A stretch of DNA of 64,000 nucleotides, taken from the NCBI GenBank assembly GCA_051294375.1, contig CM119264.1:28686696-28750695 (forward strand), read 5' to 3'. Both the position numbers and the translations under genes were made by a program. A model generated the notes under the pieces. It searched no databases. It worked only from the letters and a program-made list of their open reading frames with translations, and was not told the DNA's origin. Origin of the DNA: Paraspadella gotoi. Taxonomy: Eukaryota > Animalia > Chaetognatha. This document shows, one piece after another, positions 1-13,395 of this stretch (the stretch's first letter is position 1; each line of letters opens with the position of its first letter).

Positions 1-677
1 GACTCGATGTTTGTCGAACAAACTTGGGAATTTTCGAAACGCGAAAAGGGGGCAGGGCTAAGGGTGCAGGGCTGCAGCTTGGGGAGAGGATCAGGTGCTA
101 GGCGTGTAGGGCCGCAGCCCAGGTATAGGGGACTTTCGAGAGGTTTAAAGCCGCAGGCCGATAAAAAACGAAGGGCAGGGAAGAAGAAAAAATAAAGAAA
201 GAAAGAAAAATTAATTGTATTGATCTAATTAGAATTGTAATTTTATTTTAAATTAAAATGGCTGTTGTGATGGTTCGGTGCAAAAATCCAATGACTTATC
301 AATAATACCACTTTTCTATTTATGAATGAATATAGCTCAATTTTAATATAGGTTAATATAGAAACAATGAAAGACGATTTTAGGTCTTTTTCTTTTTAAA
401 TTAAAAAAAAATTTTTAAAAGAAATAAGAAAGATAAGAAAACGAAAACGATAAAAAGTAAAGTTAATAAAAAAAAAATGGTCTCTCAGGCTCTCAGGCTA
501 TCAGGCTCTAAGACTCTCATCTATCAGGCTATGAGACTCTCAAGCTATCAGGCTCTCAGGTCGCGAAGAAACTGAGTTTCCTGGAAATAGAGAGACACGC
601 AATTTCCTTAGACACGGAACTCGGAACTTTTGTCTTGAAGAAAAAAATCTTTTCTTGGTCAGAGTCGAACTTATTAT

Positions 678-807
678 TCATGTCATCATCATCATCATCA
701 TCATGATCATGATCATCATTATCTTTATCATCATCTTCATCATAATCATGATTATCATCATGATCTTCATCATAATCATCATCATCAAAATAAATATCAT
801 TGTTTTT

Positions 808-860
<53 letters not shown>

Positions 861-885
861 AACAATAATCGTCATTATCATCAAT
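678..885. repeat. (ATC)n microsatellite, representative of many simple repeats: (AG)n, (ATT)n 17855-17948, (GAAA)n 18837-18911, (GTC)n 30176-30400 and 39406-39499, (CAGT)n 36540-36620, (GATA)n
   Basis: Directly visible; these repeats account for the poly-I/M/T/S/R/ER ORFs in the ORF track. Confidence 0.95.
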
Positions 886-1519
886 ATATATTTCCTTACC
901 TAATTAATTTATAATTAATCCTCATTATCTTCCTCTTGACCTTTTAAAACCTTCCTCCTCCTCCTCCTCCTCCTCCTCCTCTTCCTCCTCCTTCTACCCC
1001 TCCTCTGTCCAGGCGGCGTTCCCAGGGAGTTTGAAATGAGACACGCGACTCTGTTGACAACTCCGCTCCTTTCCTATTTTAAACTTTTTTAAAAAAACAC
1101 CACTATTGTTTAATATTGTTTAATGTAAACAAAAGTTTTTCTCTATTTAAAGACCGAAACAAGATTTTGAGGAAAAAAAAACAAACCAAAAAACAAAAAT
1201 CTTATTTTAATTAAAACATCAAACTTCCCGTTAAAAAGATTAATAAACAAATTTATTTATTTATTATTTTTTTAAATTTTTATTAATTTATTTATGAATT
1301 TTTCTAAATATTTTCAGGTAGCAGAGTGGGAGAAAGAGGCCCACTGGTTACTGCTCAAATCGCCGCAATTTTCAAAAAGGGTAAGTTTATGTCATCGTTC
1401 TTACCACTGCCGCCGCCGACGCCGCCGCCACTGCCGCCGCCGACGCCGCCGCCGACGCCGCCTAACCCCTGCTCCTGCTCTTTCTCTCGCTCCAGCAATC
1501 CCTCTCGACTCCTTCAGCC

Positions 1520-4016
1520 ATGCAGAAGGAGTTGGCAAAGCTTGGCGAGGCCCGAATTGGCCCATCCTCTTGGCGAGATGGAACCAAAGAAGAGATAAAG
1601 GCCTCGCACGACGTCATCGCTAGGGCGGACAAGGCCAAGGAGGTGAAAGAGGGGCGAGGTTGGGTGAAGTCAGAGGGTAAGTTAATGGGTGAGGTGACTG
1701 GGCTTGTGAAGTTTGAAAATCGTGAAAATTAACTAACAAGAATTTCACGTTGGATTTTGATTTAACGCTTCGTGAAAAGTCAGACTTACCTAAAGATCTC
1801 GTTGACACAACTTTAAAGCCATTACCGGGATACAGAATGTTGAACCCGGGACCCATTGCTCAGCCCGTACCCGATTCTCTGACGTTCAACTCATAATTTT
1901 GTCCTCCATCTTGAACTTTGTCCAGATCGGAAAGACCTCGGACCCTCTTCCCGTTTTTCGTGACACCTTGACGGATCTGAGCAACAATCACAGTCTGAGA
2001 TATATGCGGGACACGAGGTAACCTGGCGACATGGGATCAAAAAAAAAGAGCGATAAATCTAAGTGAATAAGTAAATAATGGATGAATTAAAAAAATATAT
2101 AATAAATTAATAAAAAATATATACATAATTCATTAATTTATTTAAATAAATGCTTTCTCATCAGAGCCGTGGTGGCGCAATTGCGAGATACGTTTCTGCA
2201 GACGAACGAGGAAATCAAATGCGCGACGCGGGCCAAAGAGGCGCTGGAGAAAGCGCTCGAACACAAACGGTAGGGATCGATGAGAGGGACGTCTCTTTAT
2301 GAGTTACTGTTCGTCGTCGCCTTTTAACAATGGAAATAACGAACTAAAGGAAAATAAAAATGAAATAAAAATAGTCTAAAGCCAAAGTATTTGGTTAATA
2401 TCGATTTTCCTTTGAGATGCTTGTGTAGCTCTGTAATACTAGTAATAGCATGTTAAAGCAACTTTACAGGTGCAAAACAGTATGGCGTCAGTTGGTTGGT
2501 TGGTCTGTTTGAAAATTACTGCTGCAAAACACCTTTTACTGGTTATATGGCTCATCGCTTAAGCAATTCACAAAAAGTCTCATTTTTGTTTGTTTTTATC
2601 TATCTAAATGATTTTTCATAGCCTCTTATAATAATTATTTCTCTTTACTCTCGTAACAGTTTTACATTAAATTAGCTAAAGGAAAATTTGGCATAATATT
2701 TAGCATACTAAAAAAAAAATCTAGTCACTTTTAGCATAATTTTTTCTGCAGAGTATTAACAAGAGGTTGTAATGGTAATGCTTTAGTAAATCGCCTCAAT
2801 TCCTTACACCAATGCCCTCTTCAGGAAAGACATCCTGATGAGCGAGCGAAGTTCGGAGATTCGCTTATCTCGTCCGCGACGCGAGCGCCCGCGCGACGGC
2901 GCCGACGACCTTCTGCAGGCCGAGAAGCAGCACCTGCTCAACATCAAGAGGATGCTGGAGGCGCAACTCGCCGCTACGCAGAACCAGATACAGGTGAAAC
3001 CTTTTTTGTGGTAAAACTTTGACTTTGTAAATGCCTATTGTTATAGACTTAGCATCTAACTGTTATTGTTAATAAATTAACCTTGTTTTTTTTTAATAAC
3101 AAACACGATATTAACATAATTGAATACAACCTTCTTGAAGAATGAATTCATTCTTACTCTGAAACTTGTTGCGTCCACAATGCAAAGTTTTTTCGGGTTG
3201 TTCCTTTTAATGACTCAAAACTATATTTTTTTGTTAGTAAGGTAACATTACTTTTTTAAAATATTGTATAGAATCTTTGAAAAATGATGAAAGTGTATAT
3301 TTTAAAATTTTCTGCCGAACGTTATTAAAAGTTTTAACGCTAAAATTTAAATAAATTACAACAATATGCAAATGAGATTAAGGAACATTTAGGATGTAAA
3401 TCAAGCATTTCTTTGCTAAACTTAATAATAAAAGTTAAGATAATCTCCTCAACCAACCCCCCCCCCCCCCACCGCCCGCCAGCTCCTTGCCGCCGCCCGC
3501 CGCCGCCTTCACACCGTCATCTCCGAGCGTTCCCTCGTTCTCGACTTTCTCTGCCAAGCGCCTCATCTCTGGCGGTGGCGCCCTCTCGCTATCTGCCCCC
3601 GGCCAAAGTGGACGACCCGGATATCCTGGCCGCCGCCCGCTCGGGCCTCATCCCGCCCCCTGGGGACCCGCCCGAGATGCCCCCTACCGACCCTCTCAGC
3701 CCTTACACGCCCGAGGCGGCCGCCGCCTCTACCGAAGCCGTCGAAGCCATGAAGAAGTCTAAAGGTCTGAGGATCGAGTCCCGGGCGCTCATCAAACAGA
3801 CCGACGGTTTGCAGCGACATGTCCACGCTAGCGTCAATGATGCTCTGACTAGGAAGATTGCGGAGACCGTCTCGCTCTCGCAGGTGATGTGAGAGAGAGA
3901 GAGGGATAGAGAGAGATGAGAGAGAAAGAGAGAAAGAGAGAGAGGGAGATAGAGAGAAAAAAAGAGAGAGAGAGAGGGAGAGAGAGAGATTGAGAAATAG
4001 TGAGAGTGAGAAATTG

Positions 4017-4064
<48 letters not shown>

Positions 4065-6084
4065 AGCAGAATAACTTGTGGTTCATTTCAAATTCGACTG
4101 AGTTCTTCAATCTCATTTACATATTGTAGTAGTTCAGATCATTTCTTATATCTTTTAATACGGTTATCATAGAAGCCTTATTTTACTATTTTAGCAATAC
4201 TTTTAATAAACTAAGGAAAGCTAGGTCTATTTATATCTAGAGAAGAGGATCCGAGGCAAGAATTGTTTTGACAGTTCAATTGATTTGGCATCCTGATTGA
4301 TCGTTGCCATTTTTTCCTTGACCTTCTCCGGTGATTCCGATTCTGCGGATTTTACCCGATCCTCCGATCCGATTCCGATTCTGATATATATTTGATTTCA
4401 CCTCAGGTGAGATTGAGACTCTTGCGATGATAGGGTTTAATACTAATTTAATTGAAATAGGGAGAGATAGAGAGCGAGATAGAGACAAGTCCAAAAAAAG
4501 CCCTTCCTTCTGCCTCTCTCAGGACCTGACCGTCCAAGCTGGAGAGAATCACCACGCCCTTAACCGCTCGCAAAACTTTTTCGATGCGACGGAGCGAAAC
4601 TTGGGAATTCAATTGGGTCCAGTCGCCGCGTCGGATCTCGGCGCTAAAGAGACGCTGGTCCGACCCCTGATTAACGTCTATCAGGTTTGGTTGGGGGGGG
4701 GGAGAGGCGACTGCTTGTGGGCTGATTGCTTGTAGACTGATTGCTTGAGGCCTGATTGCGGTAGAGAGCAAAATGCGTTCGTTGGCTGATTGTCTGGTTT
4801 GAAAACGGCCGGACGAACGATGAGGTTAGGGCAACGGAGTTCAGAACCTTTATAAAAATAGAAATACAAATAATATATATAGCTATATATAGCCATTAGC
4901 CAATCAAAATCCAAAAAAGTCATTCAATCAAAAACGCAAAAAAGGCAAGTCAATTAACCAATTAATCAAAAGACCTAAAAATCTAATCAATCTAAAACCA
5001 TTAAAATCTGGTCAAATAAATCAATTAATCAATCATTTAACCAATCAATCAAAATTCTATAAAATTCTTGCCCATTTAAATAATTTTGTACTATTAAACC
5101 AAATATTCTAAAAACTCGGACAAAGTCAATCAATCAAGCAACCAATCTAAAACCCGCAAAAAAACTCTGCTCGTATCAATCAACCAATCACAGACGAGAA
5201 AAAGTCTGTGCTCAAGTCAATCAAACCAATCAATGAAAATGTTAAAAATCGTATCCAGCGACATCCGGGGACTCAACTTCCGGAGGCACAAGAGATCATC
5301 AAATCCGGGGGAGGACTCTTGGAATCTCTTCAGGCGACGAGGAATAATATCGATTCTCTCCTCGGGACGGAAAGAAGAATCAGGTTTGTAGGGGGGGCGG
5401 GCGGGGGGGGGAGAGAGAAAGGTAGAGAAGAAAAGAGATAGAGAAGGAAAGGGATAGTGAGGGAAAGGGATAGAGAAGGAAAGGGATAGAAAAAGAAAGT
5501 TATAGAGAAGGAAAGGGATAGATAAGGAAAGGGATAGAGAAGGAAAGGGATAAAGAACAAAGAGAGGTCAGAAAAATGCAGAAAATAGAGAAAAACTGAA
5601 AATAATTTGCGGTCGAGAATCCAGAGTCATTTAGCGGAGCACGCGATTGGTCAGCAGCCGCGGGGTCAATGAAAGTGGACAATCGGGAAAAAGAAAAGAG
5701 AAAATCAGGAAGAAAAGAAATTTTGATTTTCCAAAGAGAAGCAACGGTTTTGTTCCAATGTGTTTTTATCGCCTCGCGTGACAACATGAATTATATGTGT
5801 CTCTTGGTTGATCACTTATAAAAAAAAATCATCAAACCGAAAAAGAATAAAAATACCTTTTCACTATCCTCTTCACTATCATCTTCACTATCCTTTTAAC
5901 TATCCTTTTCACTATCTTCTTCACTATCTTCTTCACTAACCTCTTCACTATCCTCTTCACTATCCTCTTATCTTCCAGAGCGGATTTAATGGATAAAGAA
6001 TCTGGCGCCAACGTGGACAGCGCTGTTGTGCGGCTTCGTCGCCGTAACGCGGCTCACCGATGGGTCACGCCCATTCTTAGATGA
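1520..6084 (+). CDS. TEKTL1: Tektin-like protein 1 / CCDC105 homolog, 8 coding exons: 1520-1642, 1926-2017, 2165-2269, 2825-2993, 3483-3883, 4523-4684, 5259-5383, 5979-6084; one apparent frameshift near 3560
   Basis: GT-AG exons with matching phases. Motifs RIGPSSWRDG, RLSRPRRERPRDGADDLLQAEKQHL, PPTDPLSPYTPE, LVRPLINVYQRHPGTQLPEA and NVDSAVVRLRRR match my recollection of human CCDC105/TEKTL1 (RVGAPAWREA, RPKSEKVPDKADSML, PPPDPVGTYNP, RPLVRMYQRHVGTQLPEA, VDGNVVRLRLR). Confidence 0.88.
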
Positions 6085-7146
6085 GACTTTCTCGACGCAA
6101 TATACATTTGGCAATATTTTTTTTTTCGTTCGTCAATCGCAGTTTTTTTTTTACTTCCTTTGACGATTTATATGTATTTAGAGAATCTCGACGACTCTTG
6201 GCAATACGATTATATAAAAAAAAAAACTATTTTAAAATTTAACGTAAAGTTACGTTTATTTGTAATTTTATTTCCTTTCCTGTCATATTTTTTTTCCCGC
6301 TCACAGAAAATTTATACTTTAACAAACAAAAGATTCTTATATCGAAATACTTAGCGCCACGAAATGAGCGGCGGGGATTTGGGAGAAACGAGAGAGACTT
6401 GGTGCGCGGTGGAGAGAACAAAGGAACAAGGGTGGATGCGAGCTCAGATGCGGCATTATCCCAAGTTGCATCTCAAGTCGACTGTGATGCAACCCTCGAC
6501 AGCTGCACCTGCTGAAGCGAGATGCACCTGGCAGCCGAATATTCCGATGCATCGTGAAAAGAAGCACTTTGGCCGTTCGACGATCAAGAGTAAGCAGAGA
6601 AAGTTGTAACATGTCTTCAAAAATTATATTTTGTATTTAGCTAAAAAAATTTTTTTTATTGTACAGATCATTCCCTCAATAGCAAATTGAAATCTTTCAC
6701 GTGAATGTTCTTCAACAAGTTTGACAAATGGTTTCTCATTTTATTTTCTTAAAAAATATACTACTTAAAAAAAGACCTAAAAAAATCGTATGAAACGCAA
6801 ACGAAAATATTTCAAATTTTAGTCAAAGACAGTTATATGTTCAGTACAGAAAAATATTTTCTTTTCTTACAAATTTTATCGTCGTTTTTATTAAAATTGC
6901 GTCGCCGAGAATTCTCGTCTCTAGAAACTCTTGCTTCCGTAATGAGACAAGCGCAAAAGGAATTAAGTTCCACAAAAATGAAAATACGCCCTCTTTTTGA
7001 TGAATTAATTTTACGTTGCCATTCGTTTCTCCGCTCATATTTGTTTCGTTCATGAATCTTTTTTTTTGACAGAATTTAGTCATAAACTAACGAACAAAAG
7101 CGTCAAGGAAAAACGATTATTTGTTGTCGTTGTTGTTTTTTACGCC

Positions 7147-8076
7147 ATGTCTTATTCATACGCGTCTGTAAACAATCACGGGACTGGATCTGGCTTGGAA
7201 TTGACTCAAACAACGGAATGCCTAACCGGCGCAGCCTATTATTACGGTCTCTCGATGCAGGTGACTATTTATGACGTTATTGATAGTAGTTTTGAAATTG
7301 TTTTTCCTTTTTACAATTTGACACTTTAAATCTAATACAATTTTTCAGATATTGTACTGTATCATGAACGTTGAACAATTAATATTTAATCATTGATCCC
7401 GCAGGAGGATCATCAGATACGCGACGACGCGGCGGCGGGATTTCGCGCAGCAGCCAAAGATTTCGCGCACAATCGATGGATAGGTGGCGTGGCAGACAGG
7501 TTTATTCCCAATCCTGACCTTCGACCCCGTCCAGCTATGGACAGAGAGACTCTCCTGGCCTCTGGCGGAGAATCCATTAACGACTTTCGACCCTTGGGTA
7601 AGTTTTCTACCGGAAGTTCAAGCTTTTTTGAGACAAAATTTTAATTGTTTGAATATATGTAAAATTTATCATTAAAAAAAAAGGAATAGAAATTGGTACA
7701 CATGTAAAAAAATTATAATACAATACACTCTTTTAAAAAAATCCAGCCTTTGTATCGATTGAAAAAAAAGTCTTGTTTACTAAATATTATAGTTTTTTTT
7801 TAAACCGTTCGCAGGCGGTTAGTCTCAAAAGAGCTGAACCTCCCTGTAGATTTTGCGACGCTGATTTACTTAAATAATTAATCATTAATCACAATTACAT
7901 CAATGACTTCTCCATCAGGAACGCCGTCTCGCTACTCTGCCGATTCCAGAGCCCTCACCCAAAACCGGGATCCGGTTCCTTTGCTTTATTTCCGGTCGAG
8001 AAATCCCCATAGATTCAACGCCGGAACTTATCAAAGACAACGGGAACCAAGACAATTTCGATCTCTCAAATTTTGA
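7147..8076 (+). CDS. Uncharacterised ~154-aa protein, 3 exons: 7147-7260, 7405-7597, 7919-8076
   Basis: GC-richer exons, canonical GT-AG splice sites with compatible phases (0, 1), ATG in GCCATG context, TGA at 8074-8076. Sequence MSYSYASVNNHGTG...HNRWIGGVADRFIPNPDLRPRP...RFNAGTYQRQREPRQFRSLKF; family not recognised. Confidence 0.7.
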
Positions 8077-8114
8077 AGTCAATCAATAATATCATTGATT
8101 TATATAATTATATA

Positions 8115-8323
8115 CAGGGCCGTGCAGAGGAATAGATGATACCGTCCACAAACCTGAGGGGCCTGGGTTTTAAGGGAGGCTCGGGAAAAGCTCATGAGCC
8201 TTAAGTGAGATAATAAAAGCTTTTAATTTTATGTAAATTATTTTTGTATCAATAGAAAATCTTAAATTTTAAAGCCCGCCAAAAAATTTGTAGAGGGGCC
8301 CGCCATTTCTTTACACGCCACTG
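8115..8323. mobile_element. Non-autonomous hAT-like MITE
   Basis: Imperfect TIRs CAGGGCCGTGCAGAG / CTTTACACGCCACTG, flanked by an 8-bp direct repeat ATTATATA (8107-8114 and 8324-8331). Confidence 0.7.
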
Positions 8324-9315
8324 ATTATATATGTTTTGCTTGAAGGACTGTGATATACTAAATTTACTTACGTGGTAGAATCGAAAAGAATTTTTGTTTT
8401 TGTTTTTAAATAAAAAAATGTTTGACTTTATTTTGAACTTCTGAAAAGCCAATCATTAATAGCTAATTGTCGACTCTGACCGAATAAAATAGAATTTATT
8501 TAACATGAATAATTTCGAAATGAAAGTAAATGGCCCTTGAGGAGAAAAAAAAGTGATTTATATACAAGGGATCACTCAACAATTAAAATAAAACTAAGGA
8601 TGATACAACAGAAGTATTTTTTATTCTCGTATTCCAAACAAAACATTTTGGATAAAAAAACATTGAACAACTTTTGTCATTTTGATGTTTCTATGCCTTC
8701 TCCTTCTGATTTTGCGAATGCAAGAAAGTGAACAATGCCTTTGTCAGACATGAGATGCTATCTCCAGCGCCTTATCTTAGGGGATCTTCCGTCTCTTAGA
8801 ATGATGTAATAATAATAACAATATTATTAGTAAAAATATAATAATAATAATTATATTAATAATAATCATAATAATAACAACAAGGATAATATTAATCAAT
8901 TAATGCAACACTAATAAAAACAATATTAATAATAAAGATCAAACACATGAATAATAGGTAGTCATAATAATAATGAACTTAAAATTAAAAAAACAATTGT
9001 AACTTAAACATTCGATTTGAAATATAAGCCTTCTCCATGAACACAAACTGTAACAGACATAAAGTTAAAAGATTTTCAGGACAAAACAAAAAGGACGGGA
9101 GCATGAAAAAACAATTAGGGAACAAAAAAGAACGAAATAAGTTTTTCTTTTATTTATACAAAAGGTGAAAACTTGTTTTTGCAGCAGAGTTAGGCATGGA
9201 ACAATGATTGCATTAGGAACAGAAAAGCAAAGAGAAAATGAGCCAAAGAGCAATTAGCATTCGACTCAGTACTTTTGTTCATTAAAGCAAAACGAAAAAA
9301 GGTTTCAGTTTCGAC

Positions 9316-9856
9316 TTTTTTAGCCGGATCTGCTTATTGCAGTTTCCGGCTCTTCACTTGGTCGGTGTGTCGGTCGCCTCCCATAGTCAGTCACTTAAAT
9401 TTTAAAACATCGAGTTATAAAAAATTGGGCAAAAAAAAATTATATCACTGTGTTTGTCCGTATGTCCGTCCGTCATCCCTTAGCTTTCAACATTAATTAC
9501 TAATGAGTGGATCAGACGATTGACTTGAAATTTTGTGTAGGGTTGAAAAGTGTATAATTGAGTTTTACTAATTTATTTCCGTTTTTTTTTGGTATAAAAT
9601 GTCAGCTGAAGTTGCAACAATTAATGATTAAATTAATTTATTAATTTATTAATTAATTAAACATCTTATTATCTGATTACTGCTACTTACTGCTTACTTA
9701 TTAAATGATTACTATTTTAATATTTTATTAATTATTAATAATAAATTATCAATTAGTTTATTAATTTTTATTAATTAATAAATTAATTGATCATCTGATT
9801 AGCTGCTGAACACTGAATTATCGTGAGCAGATCCGGCATTGTTAACTCAAACTTAT
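9316..9856 (+). mobile_element. DINE-1/HINE-like (Helentron-associated) non-autonomous element
   Basis: T-rich start, subterminal inverted repeat GCCGGATCTGC (~9323) / GCAGATCCGGC (~9827), 5' hairpin and GTCC-type microsatellite (~9456-9475). A related copy lies at ~39670-39976. Confidence 0.6.
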
Positions 9857-10772
9857 TTACTCATTTTTAGCTTTAAATATTTTTCTTCCAAACCAAGTGG
9901 AGAAAACCGAGCAGTTGCTTTTGCTGCATCAAAAAAAGCATTATATCAAAGAATTTCAAAACAATTAATACATCGAGTACTATACGAATATTTATTCAGA
10001 TTTTAAAAATAAGTAAGAGCTTTAGAGTAATGATTTTTTAAATTTGTCTCAATATGGTGTCCCAACCCTGTATAAACAACGCTCGTATTTCGTCAGTGCT
10101 TGTGAGTTTTTTATAAAGCTTTTTGACAAGAAACTTGTACATTTCTCTTCATTTATTTTTTAATTAAGTAGAAATCAGATAATCAGATAATAAATAATTT
10201 ATGTAATTGTGCAGCTGAAATATTGAAATAGAATTATTGCTACCAATAAAATTATTTTTTATATTGTCCCAATAAATTTAATCTTTTCAATTATACTTGC
10301 AAAGATCTTAAAAAGTATTTTTAACTTGCTCAATCTTTTCATTCATGCACCAAAATTGGTTTAATTTTGCTTAAAATAATTTGTCTTATGAGATGATAAA
10401 TATATATATATATATTTTTATATATGGTATTACTAAAAAAAAATAATAACTTATTTCAATTTGAGATTTGATTTTAAATTTCACTAATTGTTATGGTTGT
10501 TGAATGTAATGATCGTTGCAGGAGTCCGTATTTTATCTTAATTAAGTAATCCATTTAAAGCTAAGGGAGGATAAAGGATTTTTAGACGGACATAACTTGG
10601 TTTGGTCGAGGTGAAATGTAAAATGGGCGGATAGAACAACAAAATGAATTTTAGAGTTGTGGCTGCTGTTAGCAGAATCATTTCTACCGGGCTAATCGAA
10701 TTAAGCTTCTTTGAATAAAGTTTTGTCTAATCAAAATCAAACAAAAACTTTTATCTTGAAAACCATTTTTAG

Positions 10773-11989
10773 GGGGAATTATTTCAAATACTACGTGAAT
10801 TCGAAGAAAACAAAAATACATATCACGCTTTGAAATGGAGCACAATTTCCATTTTGATTTTCCAAGGAATTTTGGGATTGACTCTTCAACTCTATCTCAT
10901 TACTAGAACGAAGAGCGTAATAAGATTTTTCTTGGTGTTTGAATACTTGGCTATTATGGGCGTAACGCTCTCGGGATACTTTGATGTAAGAGCAGTTATA
11001 AATTTCTTCGAGTCCAGTGATTCAAAATGTAAGAAGGCTAAAATGTTATGTGGTAGCAGGGAGCTTTAACCTGGTGGGACAACCACTATATATTGTCATT
11101 GTCATTGTCATACATTATCATGATCCAAATACAGAGTTGTATAGAATACAACTCTGTATTTGGATCATGATAATTTCGGTGTCATGCAATCATCAATTCT
11201 TATTGAACATTTAACAAAATTTATGATCACAAAGTGATAATGTTTGTCAGCTGTTTGTAAAGCAGTTTCTACACTGTTAAATTTTAATGACATTAATTTA
11301 TAATAAATTTTTAAAAATTTCTTTTTTTAATAGTGACGCTCTACCGAGTATTGCTAAGAGATGCTGGCAAAATAATGGTGGAAATTCGAAAGTTTGGATC
11401 AGCTTACATTATTTACAACATATCTCTTTTGTTCTGTCAACCATTGCAGATTAAAGAAAAATCCAATCCTCGAAGATTATGGATCATTGCCTTCTTCTTT
11501 TTCTTTTATTCCTTCAGCATTCTGAAAGTTATTCACCATTCTATATTTCTCAAACATAGAGGGATCTGGAAATGTTTTTTTGATTTTCGGATAGAAATCA
11601 CAACTGTTGTTTTTTATCGAATTCATGATCTGATTCTCATCATTTTCTCCATTAAATTCTGGCGAAATCTGACGGCAGAAGTAACAAAAATGATAAAATT
11701 TAAGCTAAACGGGAATAAAAAAAAGGTTGACTACAATAAACACTGCAGATTCTGTTTTACTTTATTGGTCATGTTAGTTCTAAACTCAATTTTTGATCTT
11801 ATTATCGACGGGATAGAGTGTAAAGGAGATTTCAATAGGGAACTTGCTTTTATTTGTCGTCGCATGACTTGGCTGGTCTTAAATTCTTTTCATGGTTTTA
11901 CTTTTATGATGATCACTTTGTATTTTTTTCCAAAAACCAGACCAAGGATCTCTTGGAAAATTTACATAAAAAATAAACAATTAATTTAA
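10773..11989 (+). CDS. Divergent 7TM receptor fragment (family-B/Methuselah/adhesion-like TM domain); exons ~10773-11028 and 11334-11989; 5' end not found
   Basis: Two hydrophobic ORFs joined in phase by a GTAAG...TTTTTTTAATAG intron (T+TG = Leu). Several TM-length stretches; C-terminal WLVLNSFHGFTFMMI resembles the family-B TM7 motif NSxQGxxxF. Confidence 0.5.
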
Positions 11990-12717
11990 CTGATTTGTGG
12001 ATAAATTATAAATTATTCTTTCAGTCAATGAATAAAAGTTAAAAAAAAGAAGCTGTTATTAAGAATAAAATAACCTACAAATGCTTTAATCTTTAGAATA
12101 TTACAACAATAAATTTAATAACAAACTATTACTAAAAAGGAAATTCTGTATAAATAAAAAAAATTTGACTGTGAGGCGACTTACCACAGGTCTCTCTCTC
12201 TAAACCCTTCCTATTACCTTTCACTCGGTGGAACAGAGATGAAAACTAGAATGGGTCCTGTATAGATTTTCCTATATTGTTATATACTATTATTTATATT
12301 CCTATATTGTTATCCTCCTTTATAAATATTCCTGAGATGATATTTTTAAAATTCATGAAGGATTCATCTCTACATCGTTCATGTCAATTAATTGTAACTG
12401 TATATTAATGTCTATTATTTATGTTTATTAATAAAAACAGATCTTATTAAAATAATCAAAGCATATAGAGATCCTATATGCCTTAACAGGAATACAAACA
12501 ACATGCAATATTGTTAAATGTTAACAAACAGCAATAATAAACATTTATTAAGTTAAAAAAGAAGAATTTTGTAATATAAATAACGTTAGAGCATTCCTGA
12601 GGGATAACGAAATTCACAAAAATGTTAAGATTTTATATTGAGTTTTAATAACATAGAAGCATTTAAAGTTTATCGTATTACTGTGCAACTTTTCCAGGCC
12701 CCCGAGGCAGTTTACAG

Positions 12718-12851
12718 CCGGTACCTAGTGGTCGTTAGTCATGCTTATTGGCGGGGTGAACTTATGCAATGCCCGACTACAGCTATTCCAGGGGCCGGGA
12801 ATCAGAAGGTTGGAATACGCTCGACAGGATGGGCTTACCAGTTTGGATAAG
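12718..12851 (-). mobile_element. Internally deleted relic of the 62644-63333 twister element
   Basis: The reverse complement matches three separate blocks of that element: CTTATCCA..GCCCATCCTGTCGAG..CCTTCTGATT, TGTAGTCGGGCATTGC..TTCACCCCGCCAA and GACCACTAGGTACCGG. Confidence 0.8.
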
Positions 12852-13216
12852 ATGATTTCGTTTTTTATCACAAATATCCTTGATTTTTGTTGCACAATCT
12901 TTTTAGTGACAAATCACTAAAAAAATTGTATACATCTGTTGGAACTTCAGGACAACTGCATTACTCTCCTCCACTTGACCTGATTCTTTTAGTAAAAAAA
13001 TAGAAGAAGTTGATGTGTTGTATTGGTTATAATATTCTATTAAAGCTACACATGCTTTAAAAAGAAACAATATCTTACTGTTAGCCACATCAGCTTTTAA
13101 TATTTTTCTATGATAAATTTGCCAAAGCCGTGTATTTCATTGTGGCCAGTTTTTCGCAAAGCAAAGATTTGTCTAAAATCTATCATTAATAAAAATGTGT
13201 TTCTAAGTTTGCTCGC

Positions 13217-13395
13217 TCGCTACTCCAGATTCCAGAGCCCTCACCCAAAACCGGTATCCGGTTCCTTTGCTTTATTTCCGGTCGAGAAATCCCCATAGAT
13301 TCACGCCGCAACTTATTCAAGACAAAGGGAACCAAGACAATTTCGATCTCTCAAATTTTGAAGTCAATCAGTGATATCATTGATGTATATAATTA
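13217..13395 (+). repeat. Duplicate of the last exon and 3' end (7929-8110) of the unknown gene, with indels
   Basis: Near-identical sequence GATTCCAGAGCCCTCACCCAAAACC...GATCTCTCAAATTTTGAAGTCAATCA, lacking the splice acceptor. Confidence 0.85.

Noticed and set aside
6364-6609. 81-aa ORF between TEKTL1 and the unknown gene
   Set aside because: No motif or splice support.
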